From Clostridiales bacterium (GTDB lineage Bacteria; Bacillota; Clostridia; Saccharofermentanales; Saccharofermentanaceae), in NCBI GenBank assembly GCA_017513085.1, contig JAFWDK010000020.1:1-54802 (forward strand): a stretch of DNA of 54,802 nt, written 5' to 3'. The first letter of the stretch is position 1. Every line of letters starts with the position of its first letter. A model generated the notes under the pieces. It was not told the DNA's origin and did not search any database. It saw nothing but the letters and a program-made list of their open reading frames with translations. Shown here in pieces: positions 1 through 9,681 of the stretch. Made by a program: the position numbers and the translations under genes.

Positions 1-96
1 ATAGATAAGTATATAGACTATTACAACAACAGAAGAATTCAAGCCAAAACAAGATGGATGCCTCCTGCTGTTTACAGGAAGACATCCATCTGTTAA
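1..96 (+). CDS. 3' end of IS3-family transposase OrfB (integrase core C-terminus), cut by window edge
   Basis: Frame 1 reads IDKYIDYYNNRRIQAKTRWMPPAVYRKTSIC*, matching the YI.YYN..R.Q.K....P..YR tail of IS3/IS150 transposases. Confidence 0.85.
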   Translation: MDKYIDYYNNRRIQAKTRWMPPAVYRKTSIC

Positions 97-141
97 AACA
101 AATTCATTAATCTATGTGTCCAGTTTCCTGGGTACATATCA
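1..141 (+). mobile_element. Right end of an IS3 (IS150-like) insertion sequence; IRR about 115-141
   Basis: GTGTCCAGTTTCCTGGGTACATATCA follows the transposase stop and ends in CA, as IS3 termini do (5'-TG...CA-3'). Confidence 0.75.
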
Positions 142-184
142 CGAAGAAGCAGCTCTCTATTTTTATCTGACGATCGGAATGGGA

Positions 185-1273
185 TCAGTAATTCATCATG
201 TTGTTGTCGATCGGCGGAGGTGTAACACCGAGGGATTTCTCCAGATCGATCGGATCGTAAGAAGCTTCTACAGCTGTCTTCCAGTTGATGTAACCGGACT
301 TGTAAAGTCTGAGAAGATCATCGTTCAGAGTATGCATACCGATGCTGCGTCCGGACTGGATCGCGCCAGGGATCATCATGATCTTATCCTCAAGGATGAG
401 ATTCTTGATCGCGTTGGTACCGATCATGAGCTCGGTTGCCAGTACACGGCCTGTGCCATCAGCAACAGGAAGAAGCTGCTGGGAGATAACGCCGCGGATA
501 TTGGTAGCGAACTGGGAGCGGACGATTTCCTGCTTGTCGGCAGGGGATCCGTCGATGATTCTATGGATAGTCTGTGCCGCACTCTGTGTGTGGAGTGTGG
601 AAAGAACGAGGTGACCGGTCTCGGCTGCAGTAATAGCGGCAGCGATCGTATCAAAGTCACGCATCTCACCTACGAAGATGATATCCGGGTCTTCACGGAG
701 TGAAGAGTGAAGTGCATTAGCAAAAGAATCCGTATCGTGGTGAAGTTCACGCTGGTGGATCATAGCACGGTCATGAGGATAGATGTACTCGATCGGGTCC
801 TCGATGGTGATTACGTGCTTCGCTTCGTTCTTGTTGATATAGTCAACAACGGCAGCCATCGTAGTGGTCTTACCGGAACCCGTAGGACCGGTGACGAGGA
901 TGATACCGTTCTTGGCGGAAGCCAAGGACTTGATGACCTCAGGAAGACCGAGATCTTCAAACTCCGGGATCTGAGCCATAAGGAGGCGGATGCTGCAGGC
1001 AAGATTGTTACGCTGATGATAAACATTTGCTCTGATTCGAATCTCGTTATCGATCATAAGACCAAGATCAAGATCTTCTCCTGCTTCCACACGCTTGATC
1101 TCTTCATCGGTGAGGATCGTGTAGATCATCGCCAGAGATTCTTCAGCTGTAGGACGCTCATCGAGGATGTGAAGAACCCCATATCTTCTGACCGCGAGAT
1201 TCGAGCCTACGGTAATATGCACATCGGAACAATCTTGCTCGACTGCATAATCCATTAATTGTTCAAAAGTCAT
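185..1273 (-). CDS. pilT: Type IV pilus retraction ATPase PilT/PilU family
   Basis: SDVHITVG N-terminus, Walker A GPTGSGKT, TIEDPIE Asp box, LREDPD..GEMRD Walker B, TGHLVLSTLHT His box, AIKNLILE (AIRNLIRE-like). Confidence 0.9.
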   Translation of the reverse strand: MTFEQLMDYAVEQDCSDVHITVGSNLAVRRYGVLHILDERPTAEESLAMIYTILTDEEIKRVEAGEDLDLGLMIDNEIRIRANVYHQRNNLACSIRLLMAQIPEFEDLGLPEVIKSLASAKNGIILVTGPTGSGKTTTMAAVVDYINKNEAKHVITIEDPIEYIYPHDRAMIHQRELHHDTDSFANALHSSLREDPDIIFVGEMRDFDTIAAAITAAETGHLVLSTLHTQSAAQTIHRIIDGSPADKQEIVRSQFATNIRGVISQQLLPVADGTGRVLATELMIGTNAIKNLILEDKIMMIPGAIQSGRSIGMHTLNDDLLRLYKSGYINWKTAVEASYDPIDLEKSLGVTPPPIDNNMMNY

Positions 1274-1625
1274 AACAACACCTCCAAATTAGTTATGTTC
1301 TTATTATACATGAAAACAAAAATCTCTGATACCCACAAATTCGAACTTTCTTGATCTTTTTATGAAATATCGGACACATAGAGCAAAGCGGGTGTCAGTA
1401 AAAATCTATCCGGGTTTTTACCGTTTCTTCGAGCAAGAAAAAGGAGGCATCTCGAAATGGGGTGCTTCATTCTTTTGCCCAATAATAGTTTTTTTCTTTT
1501 TGCCATAATCTAAAGAAGATATTTAGATGCCTTTAGATTATCTTAACTGTCTTTTGACGATGGCTTTACTCTTTGTCGGTAAGATAGAGACATCAAGCAA
1601 GGGAAAGTCCCGGAGGGTAAGAACA

Positions 1626-1877
1626 ATGACAAATATTCAGAATGCAGACAACAAGACAGTGATCACAGGGATAGAAACAGTGAAATTCCTCGGTTTATCC
1701 ACTTTATGTTTAATCGTTTCGATCATCCTGAGCAGTTTCGTAATCTGGATCTCATGCCAACTGTTCGGCATCGCCGATGTGAACGCAGCTACTCTCGGCG
1801 GAAAGATCGGCCTTCTGGTATGGCTTGTCTGCCTGGGCTTCCTGATTGGAAAGAACATTAAGAAGAAAAAAGCATAA
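1626..1877 (+). CDS. Small two-TM membrane protein
   Basis: GGAGG upstream of ATG 1626; two hydrophobic segments and a basic C-tail; stop overlaps the start of the 88-bp repeat. Confidence 0.6.
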   Translation: MTNIQNADNKTVITGIETVKFLGLSTLCLIVSIILSSFVIWISCQLFGIADVNAATLGGKIGLLVWLVCLGFLIGKNIKKKKA

Positions 1878-1958
1878 AAGTACCCCCATTCATTGTACAT
1901 CGCTGTACAAAAAATGGGGGTAACTTCATTGCTTCTGGCGGAGAAGGAGGGATTCGAA
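1871..1958. repeat. 88-bp direct repeat, copy 1 (att-like; 3' 23 nt of tRNA-Ser plus downstream hairpin/IS end)
   Basis: Identical to 5796-5883 from AGCATAAAAGTACCCCC to GGAGGGATTCGAA. Confidence 0.92.
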
Positions 1959-2070
1959 GAGTAGGATTCTTGCCGGATTCCATCAAAATACATCAAAAAT
2001 CGCATGTTTAGGAGCGAAAACAGCGTGTTTTTACATCAACCGGTCTATTTCTTACATTGCGTTTAATTCT

Positions 2071-2094
2071 ATTTGGGGTCAGATTTGGGGTCAG
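2071..2094. repeat. Tandem 12-mer ATTTGGGGTCAG x2, possible tyrosine-integrase arm-binding sites
   Basis: Perfect tandem repeat about 110 bp inside the att-like repeat. Confidence 0.5.
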
Positions 2095-2144
2095 AATAAT
2101 ACTGCCAGAATCGCCTCGTATCCGACTTATAGCAGTTACTTACT

Positions 2145-2804
2145 CTAATGCTTCTCGAGATGAAAGACCCGATTGCATTTTTGTGCAACTTCTTCGTCAT
2201 GTGTGACGATGATGAGAGTGGCACCGCTTTCTTTGTTTAATTCAGAAAGCAACGAGATTATGTGTTGCTCTGTTCCAGCATCAAGAGAACCGGTCGGTTC
2301 ATCAGCAAGGAGCAATGATGGATTTCCTACAAGAGCGCGTCCAATAGCAACACGCTGCTTTTCTCCGCCAGAGAGCGTTGGCGGGTATTTGTCCTTTAGT
2401 TCAGTGATTCCGAGTTTTTCTAGCATGTTTGATACCTGTGTCTTCATATCCTTTTTGGAAAGACCGGATTCCCACAAACCAAGCTCTATATTCTCATATG
2501 CAGTAAAATCATTGATTAGTGCAAATTGCTGCAATACTATACCGACAGTGTTTCTGCGGAATCGCACGCCTTCGGAAGCGCTCTTGATTTGAATAAGCTT
2601 TCCGTCAAGATAGTATTCGCCACTGTCCGGGGAATCGATGCCGGCCAGAATATTAAGCAGAGTAGTTTTTCCACAGCCGCTTTTTCCCATGATAGCAAGT
2701 TGTTCCCCCTTTTCAACTACAAGATTTAAGTCAGTCAGAACCTGCACACTTTTGTCCGCTTTTCCAAACGATTTATTGATGCTTTTTAATTCTAGAAACG
2801 GCAT
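2145..2804 (-). CDS. ABC transporter ATP-binding protein (LolD/MacB-like)
   Basis: GKSGCGKT Walker A, LSGGEKQRVAI signature, LLLADEPTGSLD Walker B, VTHD. Confidence 0.93.
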   Translation of the reverse strand: MPFLELKSINKSFGKADKSVQVLTDLNLVVEKGEQLAIMGKSGCGKTTLLNILAGIDSPDSGEYYLDGKLIQIKSASEGVRFRRNTVGIVLQQFALINDFTAYENIELGLWESGLSKKDMKTQVSNMLEKLGITELKDKYPPTLSGGEKQRVAIGRALVGNPSLLLADEPTGSLDAGTEQHIISLLSELNKESGATLIIVTHDEEVAQKCNRVFHLEKH

Positions 2805-2816
2805 ACCTTCCTCCTG

Positions 2817-4052
2817 TCAAAACACGATTCTTTCTCGTATAAACATATCTAGATTGCATTTTTTGTTCACCATGAAAACAGGAACAAGAGCAATACCTGT
2901 TATCATCATCGCAAAAAAGATCAGTAACCACATTGGTACTAAAACTGCGTGGTAAATACTGAATGAAATGGCGATGGTTGGGATGAGTGAAAGTATGATC
3001 CAGACTATCATTTCTAATACTACGGATATGTTAATCTTCCAAAGCGGTATTCCGCAACACAGATAAATGCAGTTTGAAGGAAGATCTTCTGTAGCTCGGT
3101 GATACAGAATCATACTAAGTGAAGACAGACACATTATGGTTGAAATCACTGCCAGAAAACCGATAATCCTGACGTTCTTTTCGGAAATGGTTTTCGTTTC
3201 GGTAACCTGAACACCATCAACAGGAGATACTTCAAGAGTATAAAATCCGTTTTTGGCTGTAGCATTGTTTACTACCGCTTGAACATCCACATCATCGCTT
3301 TTAGTGTAAATAAACTGGATTCTGCGGTATTCATTTGAATGATCAAACATCCGGGGAAACTCAAACGGTGAGAGTATGGCCCTATCCAACGGGTAATAGG
3401 CATTCCAGATAACATACCCTGAGTTTTGTTCCAAAAAACCAACAACTACTGCTTGATCGGAGTACTCATTGTCTTTGTATTCTATAATATCACCTAGTTG
3501 AAAAACAGAGCTGAGTTCATATCCGAGAATCACCGGTAACGGCTGCCCGCTTTCAAGATTATAATCTTCTTCCGTAAAGAAACGCCCGGAAGAAATTTTG
3601 AGGTGATATGCTTCAAAAGCATTCAACGAGAGAACTGGATTGGAGATACTACTCTCATCAAAAACTATAGTTTCTTCGATGAATGGTGATAGATCTACTT
3701 TGTTTTGAATGCCGGATAACCGGGTAGAGTTTCCCGCAAATGAATAGACAAACAAATTAGAATTACTTTCAATATCTTCAATCACTTTCTGACCAACTAG
3801 GAACATATGCGTCAGATTCAGTTTGTCGTTGGCGTAAGTGATCTCATCCTCATCAACAGCAAAAGCAACCTCATAGTTTGAAGCTGTTTTCCCTGAAGAA
3901 AAATACTCGCTATGGCGTTTTCGGAGGAAATGATAGTTTTGCAGAAGAATGAAGATCACAAATGTGCAAAGTATCATGTTCAGAAGAATAGTTAGATTCC
4001 TTCGCATGTTCTTAAACAGGTTATGAGTTGTGATACGTAATACTACTTTCAT
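2817..4052 (-). CDS. ABC transporter permease (MacB/FtsX-like)
   Basis: N-terminal TM, extracellular domain with SGRFFTEED motif, C-terminal TMs; ATG 4052 overlaps the upstream stop (ATGA). Confidence 0.8.
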   Translation of the reverse strand: MKVVLRITTHNLFKNMRRNLTILLNMILCTFVIFILLQNYHFLRKRHSEYFSSGKTASNYEVAFAVDEDEITYANDKLNLTHMFLVGQKVIEDIESNSNLFVYSFAGNSTRLSGIQNKVDLSPFIEETIVFDESSISNPVLSLNAFEAYHLKISSGRFFTEEDYNLESGQPLPVILGYELSSVFQLGDIIEYKDNEYSDQAVVVGFLEQNSGYVIWNAYYPLDRAILSPFEFPRMFDHSNEYRRIQFIYTKSDDVDVQAVVNNATAKNGFYTLEVSPVDGVQVTETKTISEKNVRIIGFLAVISTIMCLSSLSMILYHRATEDLPSNCIYLCCGIPLWKINISVVLEMIVWIILSLIPTIAISFSIYHAVLVPMWLLIFFAMMITGIALVPVFMVNKKCNLDMFIRERIVF

Positions 4053-5242
4053 ACTTTTGCCACAAGGTTCTTGGGATTGATAAGGTACTCTGAAATGGCA
4101 ATGACCAAAAGAAGGAGTACAAGCAAACATATATCAAGAAGGATCAATTTGCATGCGGTGGAAACGACAAATGAAACCGAAAGGGAAAACAAGGAATTAG
4201 CTACAAATGCCGCGATGAGAGATGTACCAAGTAATAGTCCAATCCCTCCCCATATCAGTAGTTCCCGACCAGTAATCTGTAGAATCTTTGAGAATGAAAT
4301 ACCACACAATCGCATTATTGCCACTTTGGAAGACTGGCGTCGTACGATTTGTATAGCAATACTTCCGCTGAAAAACAGGAAGAGGCAGATAATACTTACT
4401 TTGAGATATTCCTTTAAATACATACCACCGGAAACCGTATCAATCAAAGCGGTGGGTGTTCGCCTTGGTGCAAGTTTAGTATGTAGTAATTCTAGACACG
4501 TGGTGTTCATGGTTTTAAATATGGATTCAGCTGAACGAGTATTATCAATGTAGAACATCCCATTCAATTGTTCTTCTGGAGAAAGACTTCCCAAATTAAC
4601 AAATACAAGAGAATCAAGAGAAGAGGGACCGGTTAGGCCGCATGTCCCAATCACTTGGTACTTGCGGCCCAAATAGTCATAGTAGGTTTCTCCGTTTTCC
4701 TTGTAGACAGAGTCTGAAACGTTTCTTCCAATAACAGCTAAAGGTTCGTCCTGAAGACATTCTTCAGAAGAAAAGAAACGACCGCTCGTCAGAGGAACGG
4801 TAGATGTATCACCCTGATAGTACACTGCCCGCAGAGTGCCGTTATGCAGTGAAGAAAAGTACGCACCTTTTCCCGAAGAAAGAATTGACTCAACAGCAGT
4901 ACTACCATCAGAAAGGAGGGGATTTGTGAGGACAAAACTCGGGTCCACAGGATCGATGGGGGTATAATCAAGAGTCAACGTGCCATCTGACTCAGAGACG
5001 GCAACGTTACCTACTACTGTCATCTCTCCCGTTTCTGGATCGAAATCTGTCCATCCCCACCTCGCTGTAGGTTGAGAAAGATCAACTATGTTGAAAAAAA
5101 GCGCATCTCTCGAAATATAACCACGTGCAATCTGCTGATTTAGATTATACTCGGCATCTGTGCAGATGAATACATAGCCCACGATCAATACAGAAAAAAG
5201 CAGGAGCACTATAGATGATTTGAAAACGATGCTTTTTGTCAT
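4049..5242 (-). CDS. ABC transporter permease (MacB/FtsX-like)
   Basis: N-terminal TM, SGRFFS...AVIG periplasmic-core motif, three C-terminal TMs with IMRLCG. Confidence 0.8.
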   Translation of the reverse strand: MTKSIVFKSSIVLLLFSVLIVGYVFICTDAEYNLNQQIARGYISRDALFFNIVDLSQPTARWGWTDFDPETGEMTVVGNVAVSESDGTLTLDYTPIDPVDPSFVLTNPLLSDGSTAVESILSSGKGAYFSSLHNGTLRAVYYQGDTSTVPLTSGRFFSSEECLQDEPLAVIGRNVSDSVYKENGETYYDYLGRKYQVIGTCGLTGPSSLDSLVFVNLGSLSPEEQLNGMFYIDNTRSAESIFKTMNTTCLELLHTKLAPRRTPTALIDTVSGGMYLKEYLKVSIICLFLFFSGSIAIQIVRRQSSKVAIMRLCGISFSKILQITGRELLIWGGIGLLLGTSLIAAFVANSLFSLSVSFVVSTACKLILLDICLLVLLLLVIAISEYLINPKNLVAKV

Positions 5243-5455
5243 ACAGACACTCGAGATTAATCATATAAATTTTCGCCTTAGCCATTTTGTGGCTAAAATC
5301 AATCTAATTATATCATGCTGATGTCAGAATTTGTATCCCTTGACACTGACCACGAAAAACAGAAACACATGATTAAAACTATTAACAGAACAATTGAGAT
5401 TTTGAATTAAATATCTGTCAGTAATGATGTTTTGTGGTTAGAAAAATGGAGCACT

Positions 5456-5800
5456 TTACATCATAATCGGTCCCTGACTCTGTTCGCCGTCTTTCTTATA
5501 CTTGTCCACCCAATCTTTGAGTATTGTATAGTCTGTTAGCCCAAGATCTACCGCTATCTTTCGTAGCGACTCATTTCCGGTCATATACCTTTTGATTGCC
5601 TTGAGTTTGTACTCGCGAGTATATGCTCTTAATTCCCCGTCGTTTACGAATACAGACTCTCCATGTGCCAGATAAAGGTCCACATAGTACTTAATATTCG
5701 ACGTGTGGATGTGAAATTGTTCAGACAATTCACGCAAAGTTACACCATCTTTAAGATGCTTTTTTACGATTTTTAACTTGGTCTCTCTTGTTATTAGCAT
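5456..5800 (-). pseudogene. Truncated IS3/IS150-family OrfA (HTH transposase subunit), no OrfB
   Basis: MLITRETKLKIVK and YTREYKLKAIKRY..SLRKIAVDLGL...LKDWVDKY double HTH; preceded by IS150-type left end TGAAGTTACCCCC (starts 5853). Confidence 0.75.
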
Positions 5801-5883
5801 AAAAGTACCCCCATTCATTGTACATCGCTGTACAAAAAATGGGGGTAACTTCATTGCTTCTGGCGGAGAAGGAGGGATTCGAA
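5796..5883. repeat. 88-bp direct repeat, copy 2 (overlaps tRNA 3' end)
   Basis: Identical to 1871-1958. Confidence 0.92.
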
Positions 5884-5953
5884 CCCTCGAAACCCTTATG
5901 GGGTTTATACGATTTCCAGTCGTACGCGCTCGACCAGGCTACGCGACTTCTCC
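5861..5953 (-). tRNA. tRNA-Ser(GGA)
   Basis: Reverse complement GGAGAAG...TACGA-CTGGAAA-TCGTA (anticodon GGA), long variable arm, GGTTCGAATCC T-arm, encoded CCA. Confidence 0.96.
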
Positions 5954-5984
5954 ATTGCTGATCACATCTTTACAATGCTGAATA

Positions 5985-6013
5985 ATTGTACTTGCTTTGA
6001 CTTGATTTGTCAA
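5985..6013 (-). promoter_or_regulatory. sigmaA promoter of tRNA-Ser
   Basis: TTGACA-17 bp-TACAAT on the minus strand. Confidence 0.75.
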
Positions 6014-6027
6014 CCGATTCTTGAAAA

Positions 6028-7665
6028 TCATTCATGAAGCGGAAGGATCAGCTGTTGGGGCTGATCGAAAAGCTTGTATTCCAGGACAAGCTGACGGTTT
6101 TGGTAATAGACTTTCGTGATCTCGGCTTCCTGCAGAGAGTGAACGACATTCCAGGCGACGGTATCCTCGGCGGTGTATTTGCTGATTTCATCCGACGTAA
6201 GGATCATTCCCTTGGAAAGACCCTGGATACGGGCCATCAGAGAACGCCTGTCGTCATCGAAAAGAAAAGCTTTGTTGGTAAGCGGCAACACATTGTTGAA
6301 TAATCCGAAAGCACGTCCGGCCAGCTGGCGGTGGAAGATCAGGTCGACCAGTGCACGATACGTCGAGTTCTGCTCACGGCTGGCCAGCGTTAGCGGCGGG
6401 AACCAGTCCGGCGAACAGTCACAGCTGACCTGGCAATAATCAAAAACACCGGCGGCAGCCATCAACGGCACACCGCAACCGATGGTGACGGAATCCCCGA
6501 CACACTCTTTCAGGAACCGCACGGCATCGTACATTTTCTCGCCACGGGTCATGGTCGGCGACGGCAGCGCGCAGGCCGCAAACAGGAAATCAAACTTGAA
6601 AGCCGAGATCCCCCAATCGTCACGCATGGTGACCAGCACATTTTTCAAGTGATGACGGAAAGCAACATTCGTCACATCGATGCAGTAGAGTTCTTTCCAT
6701 GACTTACAGGCCTCCACGAGGTCGCCGGAGGGACTGCGCAACAGCCAATCGCGGTGATGATTGTAAATATGGGACTTTTTGTCGCACACGAAAGGCGCGA
6801 TCCAGATACCCGGCTGAATCGAAGCTTCGAGCATCTTCATCGTGACGGATGAAAGACCATGCGGAAAGTGATTTTTTTTCGGGACAAGCCAATCGCCGAT
6901 AGAATGCTCATAGCCTTCGTCGATGAAAAAGAACTTACACGGGTATTTGGCGTAAGCATCGGTGATCTCTTTGACGTCGGCCAGAAGTTTCTTCTCGTTG
7001 ATATCCTGCTGGTGCCTGTACCAGGTCGTGTAGCCGGTGACCGGCTTGGCTTTGGACGGCCCGATATGAAGGAGCCGGAAGTATTCGTCGAAGACTTCTT
7101 TTTCCGTGCCCTGCAAAAAAACTATGTCAAAAGCAAGGTAACTATCATCCACGATACGCTTGGCAACGTCTTTGCGGATCGTAAGCGTGTTATCTTCCGT
7201 ATGGATGTCGAAGAATGTAAAGCCGTCTTTCTCCGAAAGGGAGCCGAACAGCCGAAAATCCTCATCCTGCCGGACATACCCGTAACTGACGCCATGAAGC
7301 CAGCGGTTCTGCTTGGGATACTCGGTAAAGTAGCGGTCCCCGCAGTTGTCCTGTGGCGCATGCTTCATGAGTTTGGCCATCCGCTCGGCGATAACGTTAG
7401 TCGTATCCACACTATATTCCTTCGCAACGGTCCAGGACTGGTAGCCGTTCATAAAGATACAGTCGCTTTTTTCAAAAGTGTAGGGAAAAACAACTTTCAG
7501 CTCTTCCAGTTCAACCGGTTTTTTAGGCTTGAGAAGCAAACGGAAGTGATCGAAATCAAAGATGTATTCAGCATCGAAAAACTGCTCGGCTTCCTCGCCG
7601 GGAAACTCCACGGTGTGCGGCATATTATGCTGATAAAACGAAATAGATACAGACGTGGGTTTCAT
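6028..7665 (-). CDS. Glycoside hydrolase family 36 (alpha-galactosidase-like)
   Basis: NGYQSWT, GYTTWY, IDEGY..IGDW, PGIWIAPF, FKFDFL nucleophile, GCGVPL, VSCD acid/base region. Confidence 0.8.
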   Translation of the reverse strand: MKPTSVSISFYQHNMPHTVEFPGEEAEQFFDAEYIFDFDHFRLLLKPKKPVELEELKVVFPYTFEKSDCIFMNGYQSWTVAKEYSVDTTNVIAERMAKLMKHAPQDNCGDRYFTEYPKQNRWLHGVSYGYVRQDEDFRLFGSLSEKDGFTFFDIHTEDNTLTIRKDVAKRIVDDSYLAFDIVFLQGTEKEVFDEYFRLLHIGPSKAKPVTGYTTWYRHQQDINEKKLLADVKEITDAYAKYPCKFFFIDEGYEHSIGDWLVPKKNHFPHGLSSVTMKMLEASIQPGIWIAPFVCDKKSHIYNHHRDWLLRSPSGDLVEACKSWKELYCIDVTNVAFRHHLKNVLVTMRDDWGISAFKFDFLFAACALPSPTMTRGEKMYDAVRFLKECVGDSVTIGCGVPLMAAAGVFDYCQVSCDCSPDWFPPLTLASREQNSTYRALVDLIFHRQLAGRAFGLFNNVLPLTNKAFLFDDDRRSLMARIQGLSKGMILTSDEISKYTAEDTVAWNVVHSLQEAEITKVYYQNRQLVLEYKLFDQPQQLILPLHE

Positions 7666-7904
7666 AGATCATCCTGCCTCTTGCGCCCCCTGGTCGGAAG
7701 GCCTTTGTTTCTATTCAAATAGTATATTTCTTTTTCCGTGAAATGCAAATGAGTTAACAAAGTGCTTTTTTTTCGGTAAAATGGCATGTGCACATGTCCT
7801 GTCGGCGGTGCCGGCCGAAAAGAAAGCCACCGGACCCGAGGCAGGAGGGACGGTATGAAACTGTGCCCGCACGAGGCGGGTCATGAAAAGAAGAGGAATA
7901 TACG

Positions 7905-8576
7905 ATGGCGAGAATGCGCAAGAAGAGAAATCTGATCCCGAGGACCGAAGCATGTTCGGAGCACTTTTTTGACGATCCGACGCTGAATAAAGGAAAGTGG
8001 CGGGAGGCTTGCGGCATGCCGGAAGCGAAGGAACTGTATGTGGAGATCGGCTGCGGCAAAGGGCTCTTTTCCGAAAATATGGCGAAGAAGTATCCGGATG
8101 TCTGCTACGTGGCCATTGAGCGCGAACCTTCCTGTTGTCTTCTTGCCATGGAAAAAGCAACGCGCGAGAACCTGAAAAATCTGTTCTTCATCCGCGGCGA
8201 TGCCACCAATCTTCTCGAATTTTTCGGCGCAGAGGAAGTTGACCGGATCTACATTAATTTCTGCGATCCGTGGACCCGGCAGAATAAACCGAAGCGCCGC
8301 CTGACATACCGCGCGTTTCTGGATATGTACCGGCAGGTCCTGAAGAAGGGAGCGCAGATCCACTTTAAGACCGACAACGATGCGCTCTTTGATTTCAGCC
8401 TGGAAGAGTTTACCGCATCCGGCTGGGAGACGACTTGTGTGACGCGCGACCTGCATCACAGCGAGTGGGACGAGGAGAATATCCGTACCGAATTTGAAAG
8501 CAAATATGCCGAACAAGGGATCCCGATCAAGCGGTGTGTTGCCGTCATGGGCGAGAAACCGGAGAGCCGGGAGTAA
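7905..8576 (+). CDS. trmB: tRNA (guanine-N7)-methyltransferase
   Basis: VEIGCGKG SAM motif, INFCDPW...KRRLT, FKTDN, TEFE. Confidence 0.95.
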   Translation: MARMRKKRNLIPRTEACSEHFFDDPTLNKGKWREACGMPEAKELYVEIGCGKGLFSENMAKKYPDVCYVAIEREPSCCLLAMEKATRENLKNLFFIRGDATNLLEFFGAEEVDRIYINFCDPWTRQNKPKRRLTYRAFLDMYRQVLKKGAQIHFKTDNDALFDFSLEEFTASGWETTCVTRDLHHSEWDEENIRTEFESKYAEQGIPIKRCVAVMGEKPESRE

Positions 8577-8617
8577 CCGTCGGCCGGAGAGAAATGCTTT
8601 TTGTCAGAAAAAGTTGC

Positions 8618-8646
8618 TTGTGAAAAGCACTTCTCCCTTATATAAT
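8618..8646 (+). promoter_or_regulatory. sigmaA-like promoter
   Basis: TTGTGA-17 bp-TATAAT upstream of the ORF at 8730. Confidence 0.6.
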
Positions 8647-8729
8647 GTTCGTGTATTAAGAAGTCCGCTTGGATAGCGATGATGCGCAGGACGACCGGCG
8701 CACCAGGCGAAGAGAAAGAGGAATGAGAA

Positions 8730-9461
8730 ATGGCGCTTTTTGACCCGAAAAAGAATCAGATCACGGCGTTGCAGAAGTCGATCGATGACAAGAACCGTGC
8801 AATCGGTGTGTATTACAACGAGATCGGCCTGCTTTACTATAAGCAGTATAAGGATATGAACGCGGATGTTTCCAAGGAGATCAATTCCCGTTGCGAGAAT
8901 ATCTCCAACTTGTATATCGAGATCGAGGAGTGCCGTTTGCGTATCCTCTATGAGCGTGGTTTTAAGGAGTGCGCATATTGCAAGAAGGAGAATCTTCTGG
9001 AACATGCCTATTGCTCCGCTTGCGGACAGAAGTTCCCGGAGTCGAACGATGTATCGGTGGTGACCCGTGTGGATCCGGTCACACTGGGACCTGTAGGCCT
9101 TAAGGCGAACGATGTTCCAACCGTTCCGGTATTTGCAGCGCCTTCTGCAGCGGCGGCTGCTGCGGCGACAACAACTGCGGAAGCGATCGCACAGGAAGTC
9201 GGTCAGCCGGAATATCAGGGTGTACCGACGGAAGTGAATACGGAGACGCTGACGAATGTGGATGCTCCGGCTCCTGCGGGTTCGGAAGAGACCCCGGAAG
9301 AGGAACCGTATATGCTCGCCGGTGATGTCTGCGCGGAAGCTCCGGAAGATATTGCTTCGGATGAGACACAGCAGAACGAAGCGGGCGCGGAAGAAGTTTC
9401 TGTGACAGCCGGTACGGCACTTACGGAAGAAGAGACCATCCGGGTATCCGAAGAAGACTGA
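8730..9461 (+). CDS. Zinc-ribbon domain protein with coiled-coil N-terminus and acidic disordered tail
   Basis: CAYC...CSACG Cys pairs; A/E/T/P-rich C-terminal half. Confidence 0.75.
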   Translation: MALFDPKKNQITALQKSIDDKNRAIGVYYNEIGLLYYKQYKDMNADVSKEINSRCENISNLYIEIEECRLRILYERGFKECAYCKKENLLEHAYCSACGQKFPESNDVSVVTRVDPVTLGPVGLKANDVPTVPVFAAPSAAAAAAATTTAEAIAQEVGQPEYQGVPTEVNTETLTNVDAPAPAGSEETPEEEPYMLAGDVCAEAPEDIASDETQQNEAGAEEVSVTAGTALTEEETIRVSEED

Positions 9462-9511
9462 AAATGAGTGCTTTTTCTTAAGAAGCGCGAATAGAAATGA
9501 AACAAAAAACA

Positions 9512-9556
9512 AGAGGCTCTGAAGGACGTTCGTCTTCCAGAGCCTCAACATTTTTA
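9512..9556 (+). terminator. Hairpin, probable intrinsic terminator
   Basis: GAGGCTCTG...CAGAGCCTC stem followed by a T-rich run. Confidence 0.5.
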
Positions 9557-9681
9557 TTATAACATAATTTGCGGATCGGCTCCGTCTCGTGTGTTACCAT
9601 TCTGTGAATCTTTGTTCACTATAATAAAGATGTGGACGGACAAGGGTCCACAAAAATGAACAAGCGGAAGGATGTGATTAC

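Larger units (their letters stand above)
1871..5883. mobile_element. tRNA-Ser-anchored genomic islet (about 4 kb), no integrase
   Basis: Flanking 88-bp direct repeats that include the tRNA 3' end; AT-rich cargo; arm-site-like tandem 12-mers near the left end. Confidence 0.7.

Noticed and set aside
1378-1478. Possible riboswitch or sRNA between pilT and the small membrane gene
   Set aside because: Only two simple hairpins; no recognisable aptamer consensus
1-5853. Composite transposon formed by the two IS3 pieces
   Set aside because: The terminal repeats differ in sequence, the right-hand element is only a truncated OrfA, and no shared target duplication is visible
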